From positions 402,974 to 466,973 of the forward strand of contig NW_027192214.1 in NCBI RefSeq assembly GCF_041956535.1: 64,000 nt of DNA. Reading direction: 5' to 3'. Made by a program: the position numbers and the translations under genes. Each line of letters opens with the position of its first letter. The stretch's first letter is position 1. This stretch comes from Calcarisporiella thermophila CBS 279.70 (taxonomy: Eukaryota; Fungi; Calcarisporiellomycota). Positions 13,279 through 24,730 of the stretch are shown in pieces. Below the pieces are notes generated by a model that did no database searches, had not been told where the DNA came from, and saw only the letters and a list, made by a program, of their open reading frames with translations.

Positions 13279-14731
13279 GGTGTGCAGATGGATGTTTTTT
13301 CAGATCAGTGGTTGGTTTACTAATGACGATTAAATGATCCAGAAAAATGAGATCAGCCTTGAACAGTGTACCTGCCACCCAAGAATTTTTGAGCTAAGAT
13401 ATCCATGAAACCGGTGTGGCTCGAAAAACCTGGAGCCGCAGCAATTGAATCTGCTCCGTGAAAGTTATCGAGTCAGATTTATGGCGCGGTTTTAAGTGAA
13501 AGCGTTTTAAATTAGTCACCTCTAGCATTAATATATCTGAAAAAGAGGAGGTCGTCGTAAACCTACTAGCATATATAATAAAAAATGGACACCAATCTAT
13601 TACAATACGGCTCTCAAGTGCCATTTTCACAACAACTATTAGCATCAGAAGTGCACTGGCCCCTTTTTTTTATTAGATGAATCCGGAAACAAAAAAATAA
13701 TGGGTAAAACTTACCCGTATGTTCTCTTTCTGATATGCTTGGATAATTCTAAAGGGAACATAAGCCCTGGAAACCGTGGAAATCAGCTTCCTCTAGATAT
13801 ACGGAGTATTCAATATTTTAATCACCATAGCTAACAAACAAACTCGCAGAGAAACCCGAGAAAAGGATCAGCCGGCATCTCATAAAGACTTCGGCACTTA
13901 AACTGTACTTTAAATTTGTATCCTCTAGCAATATAGCTCCATTGATCCTTGAACCATTTATTTAAGTGCGTCCTATCGCAAATACCTCAAAATCTACAGA
14001 TATAGGATATTGCTCTTGATTCTTTCTTTATCAAGTGTGAATCTCTATTGTTAAAGAAGATTCATAAAATTGTACAAAAGCTATAATGGAGAAGAATAAA
14101 TATAAATGTAGGAAAGGTATTGGTTAATGTAATATTAGTGTACAGAGCGGTATGAAGGACATGATGATATTTTTCAACACATATAGAAAGAAAAGGAAAT
14201 GATAATATAAACGGGAGGAAAAAGTTAACTGTTGACACCAAATTTCGGCAAGGTTAGTTGAAGGAAAAGGAGAAAATGGACACGATATAGAATATTGCTT
14301 ATGATCAGCGTAGATACACGTGGAAAAACAAACTTTTATATCCAGCGCCGCTTGCACCCGCAGCTGTTGATAAACACACGCTGGGTAACATGCGTGTGGG
14401 TCAAAAGAATATTTGTGCACAGGAGTGAACGGGTATCTTTTAATTCTTTCCTACTACCTTTGCATGCATGCAAATCTGTCCCATATTCTGATCGTTTCGA
14501 GAACCATCTCATTTTAGGAATAGCGCGTCTTTAAATAAAATCTTGCGGGGATCCAACTGGCGGTTGTAGATAGGTAAGGCAACTCTTAAATGAGAATTCC
14601 ATTATTTCTAGAAAGGGCACTTATTGGTAGAGACATTTCAGTATAGAGTTTAATACTTCAGAAAAGATAAAAGTCACAGAGTGTAAACATGAATCATATT
14701 TTAAGGAAAACAAGGAGATGGGAGAGTGTTA

Positions 14732-16987
14732 TCAAGGCTGGGGTTCGAGGAAGGTCAAGACCCTCTTCGCGAGGCCCACAATTTCGGTTTCATCCGAGAC
14801 CATATCTTCTCCCTCTGGTTCCTCGGTTGAAACTCCCGCTTGGGAATTGACCTCAGGCCGGCTTGCAAGACGCGTCACTGCTTCCACAATCGAGCCGGAC
14901 GATCGAATGCGTTCGGAGAGCCGCCTATCGCCCCCCTCCAAAAATTGGACGATTGTCCAAATGGCGATGTGCTGGAAGGTGATATCGGGGCTGTCTAGGA
15001 ATCGCTTTAAATAACCCTGGAGACCCCCCGCGGGCTGGCTCCACACGTTCACGAATTTCGTGTAGTCCGAAACCTTGGAGGAGAGGTTGCCAATGGCGGC
15101 GGCACTGTTTCCTTGCACCTCCAAGCTCTCCGAAGCCGTCAGGGGAATAAGCACTGCGCAAATATCTAAATCTACTAGCCTGCTCTTTAGCTCCTCGCTC
15201 AATGCAAGCACCGCCACGCACGCGGTCATCTCAGATTGGGCAGCCAGTGGCACACGCAACACCAAATCTCGGATTCTTCCCACTGCACCCGCATCCACGA
15301 TTGCCTGCTTATTGCGGCCTGAGCTGGCCGCAAGGTTTCGCAGCGTGCTCACTGCGTGGCATTGAACTTCTTCATTTTCATCATAGGCTAAGAGGTCGAT
15401 TAACGGATTGAGAAATCCGGCTTCAATGATGCGAGATTCATTCATCGGATGGATGGATATGTTGCGAATGCACGCGACCGATGACAAAATTAATGGGAGG
15501 ATATTAGATTTAAGTAGTCGAAGCAGAGGCGGTAGGCCCCGAGATTGAACGATTTCACGTTGATATTTTTCTGTTCATTAAAATAGTCATGTCAATCGCG
15601 CGAACAATCCCTCTACAGGTCTACCCATTAGGGTGCTTTACCATCAGACGCCAAATTTCGCAGCGCCAGTGCAGCCTGACATTGAACCTTCAGCGAACTC
15701 GATTCCATGAGCGGAATAAGATATTGTACGAGGCGGGGTTCGCTTTGTGCCAATTTCTTGCGACTTGAAGCTACATTATTCATCGATATATTAATATATG
15801 CGTCTCCTGAAAGGAAAATAAATCCCGTTGAAAGAAAAAAAAGGATATATATTATTACCATCAACTGCTATATTGCTGAGGGCTGTTGTGCAATAGTACT
15901 GAACGTCGGTATCAGGAGCATTTAACAAACTCACCAACACAGGTATAGCGCCTGAATTAACGAGATGCTGCCGATTTTCCTCTAAAGAGAAATGAGTGAG
16001 TTAGAGACATTTCAGTGATTACTCGGCCCTAAAGAAAGTATATACCTGAGTGGGTCATGTTGAGAAGCGCTCCCGTAGCATTCCGTTGTACACGAAGATC
16101 TTTCGATCGAGCAAGTCTGATGAGCGGAAGTAGAGCACCACTCTTGGCTATTTTTGATTTGTTTTCATCTACACAGGAATAAAAACGTATTAAGGGCCAC
16201 ACAACAACAAACCCCAGTTGACAGAATTTACCGTGTGTTGCAAGATTTGTTATACATCCGCATGAGTTACATTGAACCTCGACATTAGGGGACATCATTT
16301 GCCGTATTAATGGCTCCAGCCCTCCGAGTTTGACAATCAGTACCTTATTTTCCGCTGGAATAAGATAGTGCAATATTAGTTTTTCAGTGTGTACATCACA
16401 CGAATGAAGGTGTACTTACGAGCAACTGCGAGATTGCCAAGAGCTGCGGATGCGGCGCGCTGCACTTCAACATCATGGGATTGAAGCAAGAACATTATAG
16501 GTTCTAAAGTATCACGATCCACTGCACGCACATCTTAGGAGAGAAAAAGAGTGGATTAGCGGCGGAATTTATTTCCCAGCTCCACTACCAAACTGCTTAC
16601 CTTTCTCCGTGATCTCCGCAAATGCCAAGGCTGCTGAGCGCTGCAAATCAACATTGTCGGAGAATGCCAGGGTAGAAAGCGCTCGTAATGGCTCGCCCTC
16701 AAAGAAGTTTGTCTGATCGCGGTCTTCGAATTTTGTGATAATATAATTAATGGTCATATTATGGATCAAAAGTACACTTAATGCTCACTCTCTAGATATT
16801 GCAATAAATCAGCAACGGCCTCTCGTTCATTTTCTTGAAGTAAAGGTTCATAATAGCCCCCACGAGCACGTCCTTGATTATCATTTTAAAAAAAATGTTT
16901 AGATAGGCGAATAAATGAAAAATGAGATAAAAATAGAAAAGGCCTACTTGAGCAACAATCCGTCAAGCAGCTAGAGCATGCACCCAT
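14732..16987 (-). CDS. VAC8: Vacuolar armadillo-repeat protein Vac8, multi-exon
   Basis: N-terminus [12 protein letters not shown] (myristoyl/palmitoyl signal), [21 protein letters not shown] repeats e.g. [50 protein letters not shown]. Confidence 0.97.
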
Positions 16988-17488
16988 GGTGATGATAATA
17001 CGCGGAATGCAAGAGTCCTCTTGTGATTAAAATCGAAAAAAGAAGAGCGTTGAATTTTCAGACAGGTGATCGTTTAACCTCCTGCAGCTATTTATGATTC
17101 GCAATATTTATTGGTTGTATCTAATGAGCAATTATGGGGGAAAAGAGAGGAGGAAGTGCGTAGGGTAAAATGAACACTTATTTGTCGCGTGAGCGAGATA
17201 AAAACTCACACAAGCAAAAGAATGTAAGCCAGTACTATTAAGATGTCAAATGGGGTTGTAAGGATAAAAAACCAAGACATCCTCACCTCCAATGTGTGTG
17301 ACGTGTTTAATATTTTTCTTAGCATGAGATTCAAAATTTCAATATAAGAAACATAGAAATACCTCATACAGACAAAAAAAGAATAAGTTAAAACAGTGCC
17401 TCCTTAATGGTGATTAAGCGGCCACTATTTATTCGAATAAATTCACAAGAATATATCCATTCTATTTATAATAAGCGTCAGCAAACGT

Positions 17489-18419
17489 TTAATGCGATAG
17501 GCGGATAAAAGTCATGCTATCACTTGGATTGCCTAAGAGTGCATCAACAACAGAGGGCGTACCTCTTTTACACACATACACCCCCTTGTCTTGCACTCCG
17601 TTCTCAAACATACATTCGAGTATTTTAGTAGCACAGCGAAGTTTACCAGCCTAATGAATATATGCATTAATGTCACCATTAGAAAGTCATAAGTAGAGCA
17701 AGTCTGGAAATGCGTTTTACCATCCCCCCTGTCACATCCATCACAGTATTTAACTTATCGCGAGTTTCGGTATTCACCGTTATCTTACTACATCCCTTGT
17801 TCACGTCTATTCGAGTTAGAAGTTTAGCCTCCGAGGACTCAGGGTTCCTATCGTAGACGCCTGCCACATCTGTCACAAAGATGCATCGGTCCACATTGAA
17901 CACGCGAGCGGCCTCGACCATAAGCGTATCTCCACTCACAACTTGACAACCAGTGTCACCGACCAGCGCGAGATCTCCATACATCAGTGGTACAAGCCCC
18001 AGCTGAAGCATTCGGCTTGCTTGTGTCATAAGAGTAGAGAAGTCGCAGGATTCAGTGAGAAGGTTGAAAGTGGGAAGGCTTACGGCTGGGATGTCGTTCT
18101 GTATTAGGAGAGATAAAATACGAGTATGAAGAGTGAGTAGTGCACGACGGGTGTCCGCAATTCCTATAAGCCGCGTGGTCAATACTGCCCCTGATGCGCC
18201 ATATATACCCTGTTTTAACTCATGTTCATGAACATGAGCATGGCCAAAGGATCCTGCTCCGTGAACAAGTAGAAGATGTTCACCGCGATCGCGGAGGAGA
18301 AAATAGGCATTTCGAAGTTGGAGGACAAGCGATTCGAGATCGTTTTCGGGTACAAGCGTTTCTTTGACACGTTTATTTGTGATGGCTGCTCCTCCTAGTT
18401 TGACCACTACCACCCTCAT
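17489..18419 (-). CDS. IPK: Isopentenyl phosphate kinase-like protein (amino-acid-kinase fold, IPK/FomA subfamily), 2 exons (intron about 17651-17720)
   Basis: VKLGGAAITNK, LVHGAGSFGH (IPK/FomA signature His), PLMYGD, VVSGD, FVTDVAGVYD, DVTGGM|AGKL motifs. Confidence 0.85.
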
Positions 18420-18593
18420 TGTTACCTGCCTTCTATCGAGGAGAACTTATGCTATTTCAAACTCAAATAAGCCACTCTAAGTAACAAAATTGCTATCTAT
18501 AACTTTGATTTGGGTTCTTTAAAATCTTTTATTATCGATCTATAGTACTAGAGATTACAGAGATCGTGGTGCTACAACAAATATAATGTCTAT

Positions 18594-19275
18594 CTATGAG
18601 GAGTGCTCCAATTGATATCTAGCTTTGCATGCTTCTAAAGCTTCTCGAATAAAAGGTTTTGTTACAAGTTCAATGGCCTCGTGAAGTGGAAACTATTCAA
18701 AAAAAAAAATGGTATGCAGGGTTAAAAGAGTATCATGCAAAGCTATCCAATTAAAATATATACCCATTTCCGCTGTCTCTGATTCTCTTCAGGCCAGTGG
18801 TCTTCTATGTCGACCACTTCTAGCTCATACCAATAAAAAATCGCTCGGGGCGCACCAGTGGATATCATCTTGGTATGAGGCCAGATTCCAAGATGACAAG
18901 ATATGCGTCCACGAACGCCAGCTGATATACCAAAATAATGCAAATAATATTATGCTCCATTAGACTATAATGGCAACACATTAAATGGAATTGTTGAATA
19001 AAACCTTCTTCATAAGTCTCGCGTATCGCAGCACTCTCGATGCTCTCATCATTTTCCCAGCCTCCTTTTGGCTGATAAAAGCAGAATCATGAATCAGAAT
19101 CAACTTGAAATAGTAAATTCATCAGATGATTACATACCAGAACCCAGGTGCTGGGCGCTTTACGACTCGATATTAAAAGTACATGACCAGTAATTGGATG
19201 GATGGGCACACATCCAGAAACTATCCGAGAGCCGTTGGAATATACTTGTTTATTGCGGCCCTCTCTAGCTTGCAT
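18594..19275 (-). CDS. DDP1: Nudix hydrolase, diphosphoinositol-polyphosphate/Ap6A hydrolase type (Ddp1/Aps1/DIPP), 4 exons
   Basis: [57 protein letters not shown] (Nudix box across introns), WPEENQRQRKWF. Confidence 0.88.
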
Positions 19276-19411
19276 TAGAAAAAAGGAAAATAATAATAAG
19301 AAATGACAAAAATAAAATTAATAAATTAATTATTGCCGGTCAAGGAAAACCAGTTTTGAAAAAATATGGATTTATATACTAAGAATTTTGTCGGAAAAAA
19401 TGTTCACCTAA

Positions 19412-19483
19412 AGCGATGTAGAGCAGTGGAAGCTCGTCAGGCTCATAACCTGAAGGTCACTGGATCGAAACCAGTCATCGCTA
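19412..19483 (+). tRNA. Initiator tRNA-Met (CAT)
   Basis: 72-nt cloverleaf: acceptor AGCGATG/CATCGCT (A1-U72), anticodon loop CTCATAA, T-loop ATCGAAA (A54, A60 initiator signature); T-run terminator follows. Confidence 0.97.
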
Positions 19484-20432
19484 TCTTTTTTATATTCATT
19501 CATCTTTAAAATAAAATATCGTATTTTTTCTTCGATTTTGCTCTTAAAATATTCGGGTTCGACTTTATACCAAATCGAATTTCATTCTGGTATCGAAGAT
19601 CAGAGGACTTTAAATCTAGCCAAAATTTTTTTTAACACTTGACACTGCTCATCATATGCACTACTGTATATTCGAAACTTGAGCCAAATTCAGTGTAGAT
19701 TATAGCACCCATTCAACCTCATTTTTTATTTCCAAATGTTCAAATTTGGCCTAGATATTTCCAATTTATTTTGACGAGGAAAGCTACCCTACCATTTTAA
19801 CTGTTAAAACTGTTAAACTGTTAAAGATACTTTTCAATGAGGACTCTTGACATAAATGAAATAAAACAATGGACTTGTCCTTTTATTGGAGTTTTTTAGA
19901 GTAAGCAACAATTCATCCTAATTTTGTATTAAAACAGCCTCTAACCATTTTTCCTATACACTAAGATATCATGAAATCGAGACGGATAGCATCGTCTGTT
20001 CTAAATCTTACTTCGTCGGGAGATAAATACAAGTTTTCTAAACTTCTTAACCATTTTTCATTTCTTTTAAAGTAGAATTGAATATTATACAGTAGGGAGT
20101 ATCCTAATTGCAAGGTCATTTCTCAATTAGAAATGTAGTAAATTTGACAAATCTATTATATTCATCCAGCTACTAAGTTTCACCTCGTATATCATTGGTT
20201 TTTTAAACAAACACACAATAGTGAATAATTAACATTTCTCAAATTTTTGCCAAGTAGAGTAAATTTGCAAGCAATCAATGTAACATAATTGGGTATACAA
20301 AACGGAAGCAAATAGGAAATTTGAAGACAAGAAAAACAAAATCCTCACCAAAAATGAAATGAAAACATTGATCTCCATCAAATATCTCAATATCCCAAAA
20401 AATAAAATTACTTCAAAAAGGTTATAAAAGAA

Positions 20433-20504
20433 TAGCGATGACTGGTTTCGATCCAGTGACCTTCAGGTTATGAGCCTGACGAGCTTCCACTGCTCTACAT
20501 CGCT
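20433..20504 (-). tRNA. Initiator tRNA-Met (CAT), identical second copy
   Basis: Exact reverse complement of 19412-19483. Confidence 0.97.
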
Positions 20505-20535
20505 TTGCTCCTTGTTTAAGAGTATCTTAAATTGG

Positions 20536-20588
20536 GAATATGGTTGAAATTTCGACGATTTTTTTTTTCCGACGCGTTTTTTTAATAA
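20536..20588 (+). repeat. Insertion target site 1 (tRNA 5' flank), copy 1 of a roughly 50-bp direct repeat
   Basis: GAATATGGTTGAAATTTcGACG..TTcCGACGCGTTTTTTTAATAA; 17-nt exact match plus GACG and CGACGCGTTTTTT shared with 24057-24107. Confidence 0.85.
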
Positions 20589-22253
20589 CCAACACCGCCG
20601 TATCTACTAAATGATATTCTAACCTTCTTCATCAATGGAGGAAGGATAGAATGTAGATCACTCCGGCGACAAACCTTTTTGGAGCGGAACATGCCGATAC
20701 AATCGGAAATGGAGCGTAGATATTCTGCGCAACCCACGGAAAGGCTAAAAAGAGCGTGCGAACGTCGCTATAACGATTTTTCCTTAGAATGGGAACACGG
20801 ATACCTTATCCTGCCCCCCGACCTAGTAGAGAAAATCACGAACTGTTCTGCCATACCCCGACAACATCCGCCTCTTCGTTTCCCACTCCATCTTTGTCAC
20901 CTGGCTGGCGCGCCCGTCCCGGAATACTCCACCCGACAGGGAAGGCACTACCAGCGAAATGGCTCTCCGGAACCAGAAACGCTGACGCCCCAATCCTGGT
21001 CAGAGGTTGCATCCACGGCAAANNNNNNNNNNNNNNNNNNNNNNNNNNNNNNNNNNNNNNNNNNNNNNNNNNNNNNNNNNNNNNNNNNNNNNNNNNNNNN
21101 NNNNNNNNNNNNNNNNNNNNNNNNNNNNNNNNNNNNNNNNNNNNNNNNNNNNNNNNNNNNNNNNNNNNNNNNNNNNNNNNNNNNNNNNNNNNNNNNNNNN
21201 NNNNNNNNNNNNNNNNNNNNNNNNNNNNNNNNNNNNNNNNNNNNNNNNNNNNNNNNNNNNNNNNNNNNNNNNNNNNNNNNNNNNNNNNNNNNNNNNNNNN
21301 NNNNNNNNNNNNNNNNNNNNNNNNNNNNNNNNNNNNNNNNNNNNNNNNNNNNNNNNNNNNNNNNNNNNNNNNNNNNNNNNNNNNNNNNNNNNNNNNNNNN
21401 NNNNNNNNNNNNNNNNNNNNNNNNNNNNNNNNNNNNNNNNNNNNNNNNNNNNNNNNNNNNNNNNNNNNNNNNNNNNNNNNNNNNNNNNNNNNNNNNNNNN
21501 NNNNNNNNNNNNNNNNNNNNNNNNNNNNNNNNNNNNNNNNNNNNNNNNNNNNNNNNNNNNNNNNNNNNNNNNNNNNNNNNNNNNNNNNNNNNNNNNNNNN
21601 NNNNNNNNNNNNNNNNNNNNNNNNNNNNNNNNNNNNNNNNNNNNNNNNNNNNNNNNNNNNNNNNNNNNNNNNNNNNNNNNNNNNNNNNNNNNNNNNNNNN
21701 NNNNNNNNNNNNNNNNNNNNNNNNNNNNNNNNNNNNNNNNNNNNNNNNNNNNNNNNNNNNNNNNNNNNNNNNNNNNNNNNACAGTAAGACATGCGGCTCA
21801 AATCGTCTTCGATTCGGTGCTATGGCAAATACATCGGGACCGAATCGCCTACCATTTCGAATGCATTCGAGCATCACCCGAGACAATCATCCTCCGTGCC
21901 AAAATGGACATCGAGGAGGCCATCGGAGGTGAACTGATAAAGGCACAAAAAAGACGAGAGATAGAGTTATTCCGAAGAAGGTGGTACAGTCAGGGAGCGG
22001 TAATAGAAAGTTCGGATAGAGCAAGACTAAAACCGGAGTGACGAAGCAACCCTTCCTCTCTCCCAATCCGCTCTTTCCCTCCTCCCCTCCTCCCCTCCTC
22101 CCCTCCTCTTTACTTCATACCTTTCACCAAATACCCGATCACTATATACATCTAATTTACCCTTTATTCCCCCTTTTCTTATTTCATTGTAATCATTAAA
22201 CTCTTGTAAGCTATGGAAACTAATAAAAGTCTCCGTTGATTGATAAAAAAAAA
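20589..22253 (+). mobile_element. 5'-truncated L1/Tx1-like non-LTR retrotransposon (copy A), interrupted by the assembly gap
   Basis: Reading frame open from the junction at 20589; FPLHLCHLAGAPVPEYSTRQGR aligns with copy B FPLGKCVLAGTKIKNFRTKIGR; after the gap DSVLWQIHRDR..FRRRW, stop 22039-22041; pyrimidine-rich 3'UTR with (CCCTCCTC)n, AATAAA, A9 tail. Confidence 0.8.
21023..21780. other. Assembly gap (758 N)
   Basis: Run of N. Confidence 1.
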
Positions 22254-22269
22254 GACGTTTTTATAATAA

Positions 22270-23257
22270 TCCTGGTCCTGCTACAGGGTATACCACAGAT
22301 TGAAGGACCATGCACGTTCCCGCTGGGTAAATGTGTGCTAGCTGGCACAAAGATCAAAAACTTCCGCACAAAAATCGGGAGGCTCTCCAAGACAAGCAAA
22401 GGAGAGAATATCACTCCGGAATGGAAAGAGACCTCAAGTGATTCCATCAGTTTGGAGGTAGCTTGGATGTGCTGGAAAAAGCGGCCGAGCGAACCCAAGC
22501 ATAGGACACTAAGATGGAGACTCTTGAAACACGGATTGGTGACTAACATAATCACTAGTAAGTGGACAGGAGAACCTAATATTTGCAAGCGGTGCACAAC
22601 CAACGCAGTGGAAACCATTAGTCATGCTTACCTGGAATGCCCGGCCATAAATCAACTATGGCAAAGAGTAGACAATTACGTCTGCCGCATTCTTGGAGTG
22701 AGAGCTCACGAATCAACCAAGGAAGACAGACTATTTGGAACAGACTACAAAACCATGGGCTACCAACGGGAAGTAGTATCAACGGTCCATGATGCAGCAA
22801 TTTGGACCATCTATCGATCAAGCTTATCGATAATAATGGATAACGCCCAACCAAGCGAAATAGCGCTCGCTGAACAACTAGGTCACGAAATGCAAAAAAT
22901 CGTGAGATCCAAATGGTGGTCAGCGTCCATAAAGGATAAGAAAGAAGATTTCCAAGAGCTTTGGTGTAAGGGAAATTGGATACAAGTCCAAGGAGACGAA
23001 ATATCCTTCAACCAAAACACTTAGCTCCAATACGACCTTGCCAAATACCCTACCACCCGCATTCCAATTTTTCCTTTTTTTTTTGTTTGTTTATATTCTT
23101 TTTCTCTCTTATATAATACCGTTCTTGAAAAAGAGGATGGTATTCACACGCTCTACCATTACGCACATGTATTCCTTGTTTCGGAGAACTGCCAAGTCCT
23201 TTCACTTAACTTGTATAGGAGACTTTTCAATAAAGATCCTTAAATCCCAAAAAAAAA
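22270..23257 (+). mobile_element. 5'-truncated L1/Tx1-like non-LTR retrotransposon (copy B): ORF2 C-terminus with zf-RVT CCHC finger, 3'UTR and poly(A)
   Basis: WRLLKHGLVT..CKRC(x)ETISHAYLECP..LW, IWTIYRSS; stop 23022-23024; AATAAA near 23229 and A9 tail 23249-23257. Confidence 0.9.
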
Positions 23258-23269
23258 TTTTTTTAATAA

Positions 23270-23559
23270 TTCTAAGAGCTTTGGTGTAAGGGAAGCTGGG
23301 TACAAGTCCAAGGAGACAAATATCTTTCATCCAATCCACTTAGCTCCATTACGACTATACCGAATACCCAACCACCCGTATTCTAATTTCCTTTTTTTTT
23401 CTCTTCCCTCACTCGTATACCACTTTCCTTGAAAAATAGGAAAGTTAGGCACCTCTCTACCATTTCTTACATGTGTTTCTTGTTTTCTGATGTCTATCAA
23501 TTTCCTTTATTAAGCACGAAAATGGATACTTTTTAATAAAGATCCTCCTAACAAAAAAA
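23270..23559 (+). mobile_element. Short 3' fragment of the copy-B LINE family (copy C)
   Basis: Colinear with 22950-23257 (AAGAGCTTTGGTGTAAGGGAA..TACAAGTCCAAGGAGAC..TAGCTCCA..AATAAAGATCCT..A7), with substitutions and indels. Confidence 0.9.
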
Positions 23560-23657
23560 TCTAATCGATCGTCAAGTACCAATTGCTATCTTCATTATGC
23601 ATCTCATTATCTTTATGCATCAGTTACCTTTTCGTTATCTTTTTTATGCGACGATCT

Positions 23658-23698
23658 CTTTACGCAACCATCATATAATATATGCTGGTTGCATAAAG
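23658..23698. repeat. Near-perfect 41-nt palindrome (18/20 pairs, 1-nt spacer)
   Basis: CTTTACGCAACCATCATATA-A-TATATGCTGGTTGCATAAAG. Confidence 0.85.
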
Positions 23699-24056
23699 AT
23701 AGATATTATCTATTCAGATATATTTTTATCTAAACCTTTTTCTTGCTATATAAGAACAAAGTACAAAAAAAAATAAAGAAAACGAGGTATTTGGCGACCC
23801 CAGCACTATTCTTGTGACGAAAGTAATTTCCGACTTTCGGACTCTTATATAGAAAAATAATAATAAAATAAAAGAGAAAAATAAGAGGATCAGAAAAAAA
23901 ATAGCTGAACTATTTAAAGAATTACAAGAAAAACAACAAAGGGATATGTCATTTACAAACAAACAAGTAATAAATGGATGCATATAATTAAGTTTCAAAT
24001 TAAAATCGAAAATTCTTCACATCTTTCAATTTCCATGTAATAGTGTAAATTGAGAA

Positions 24057-24107
24057 GAATATGGTTGAAATTTTGACGGTTATTTTCGACGCGTTTTTTG
24101 AATATTA
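24057..24107 (+). repeat. Insertion target site 2, diverged duplicate of the tRNA 5' flank
   Basis: GAATATGGTTGAAATTTtGACG..TTTTCGACGCGTTTTTTGAATATTA versus 20536-20588. Confidence 0.85.
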
Positions 24108-24187
24108 TACTTTTTTTTTAGTTGGTTTACAACAACCTCATTGACACAAAACTAACAGCAAACATACTAGGAAATGAAAATAACAAA

Positions 24188-24529
24188 ATGCAGATTATCA
24201 AATTAGCCATCAGCATCATGATTATTTGCGCGGTTCAGCAGTTGGCCTTGGCTAGTATTATCCCTAGTGTTGAGGTTGAAAAGATACAAGGACCAGCTCT
24301 CGAGAAGCGCCAAGATATCATCGGCGGTATCGCTGGTGCCGGTAGTCCCACCGAAGGCCTCCAATCCGTCCCCGGTGTGGCCACCCTCGGTACCATTGGC
24401 TCCGCCGTCCCCGAACCCCCCACTATCCAAGATGTCCAAAATCTTGCTTCTGCTATCGAAATTGCCACAGGTGGTACTGACGCACTCCCCTCAGGTTCCA
24501 TTGAAGTCAACCTCCGTGAAGTCATTTAA
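24188..24529 (+). CDS. Small secreted protein (113 aa; signal peptide plus Kex2-type LEKR site), intronless; candidate processed retrocopy
   Basis: MQIIKLAISIMIICAVQQLALA hydrophobic leader, PALEKR|QD; C/T-ending codon bias; lies in segment 24108-24715, which ends in A8 and is flanked by TTTTGAATATTA direct repeats. Confidence 0.7.
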   Translation: MQIIKLAISIMIICAVQQLALASIIPSVEVEKIQGPALEKRQDIIGGIAGAGSPTEGLQSVPGVATLGTIGSAVPEPPTIQDVQNLASAIEIATGGTDALPSGSIEVNLREVI

Positions 24530-24730
24530 GCAGTATACTCTGAAATTTATCATGTCTACTTACAGTTGTTTTTGGCAACTACTTCATATATATTAACATA
24601 CAATTAATATTGGCCGATTCATGTTTACAACATAATCTATACTTTGCCCTTCATTTCTATTCATATCTGATCATTCTTTTCATAAAGTTCACTGCAAAAG
24701 TTTCTTGAAAAAAAATCTATTTTGAATATT

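Noticed and set aside
20679-22041. Five 300-400 aa ORFs in the ORF track
   Set aside because: Artefacts of translating the N gap; only the + strand flanking peptides are meaningful (LINE copy A).
23940-24056. Remnant tRNA beside target site 2
   Set aside because: Only a faint ACATC..TTT similarity to the tRNA 5' junction; no cloverleaf or A/B boxes.
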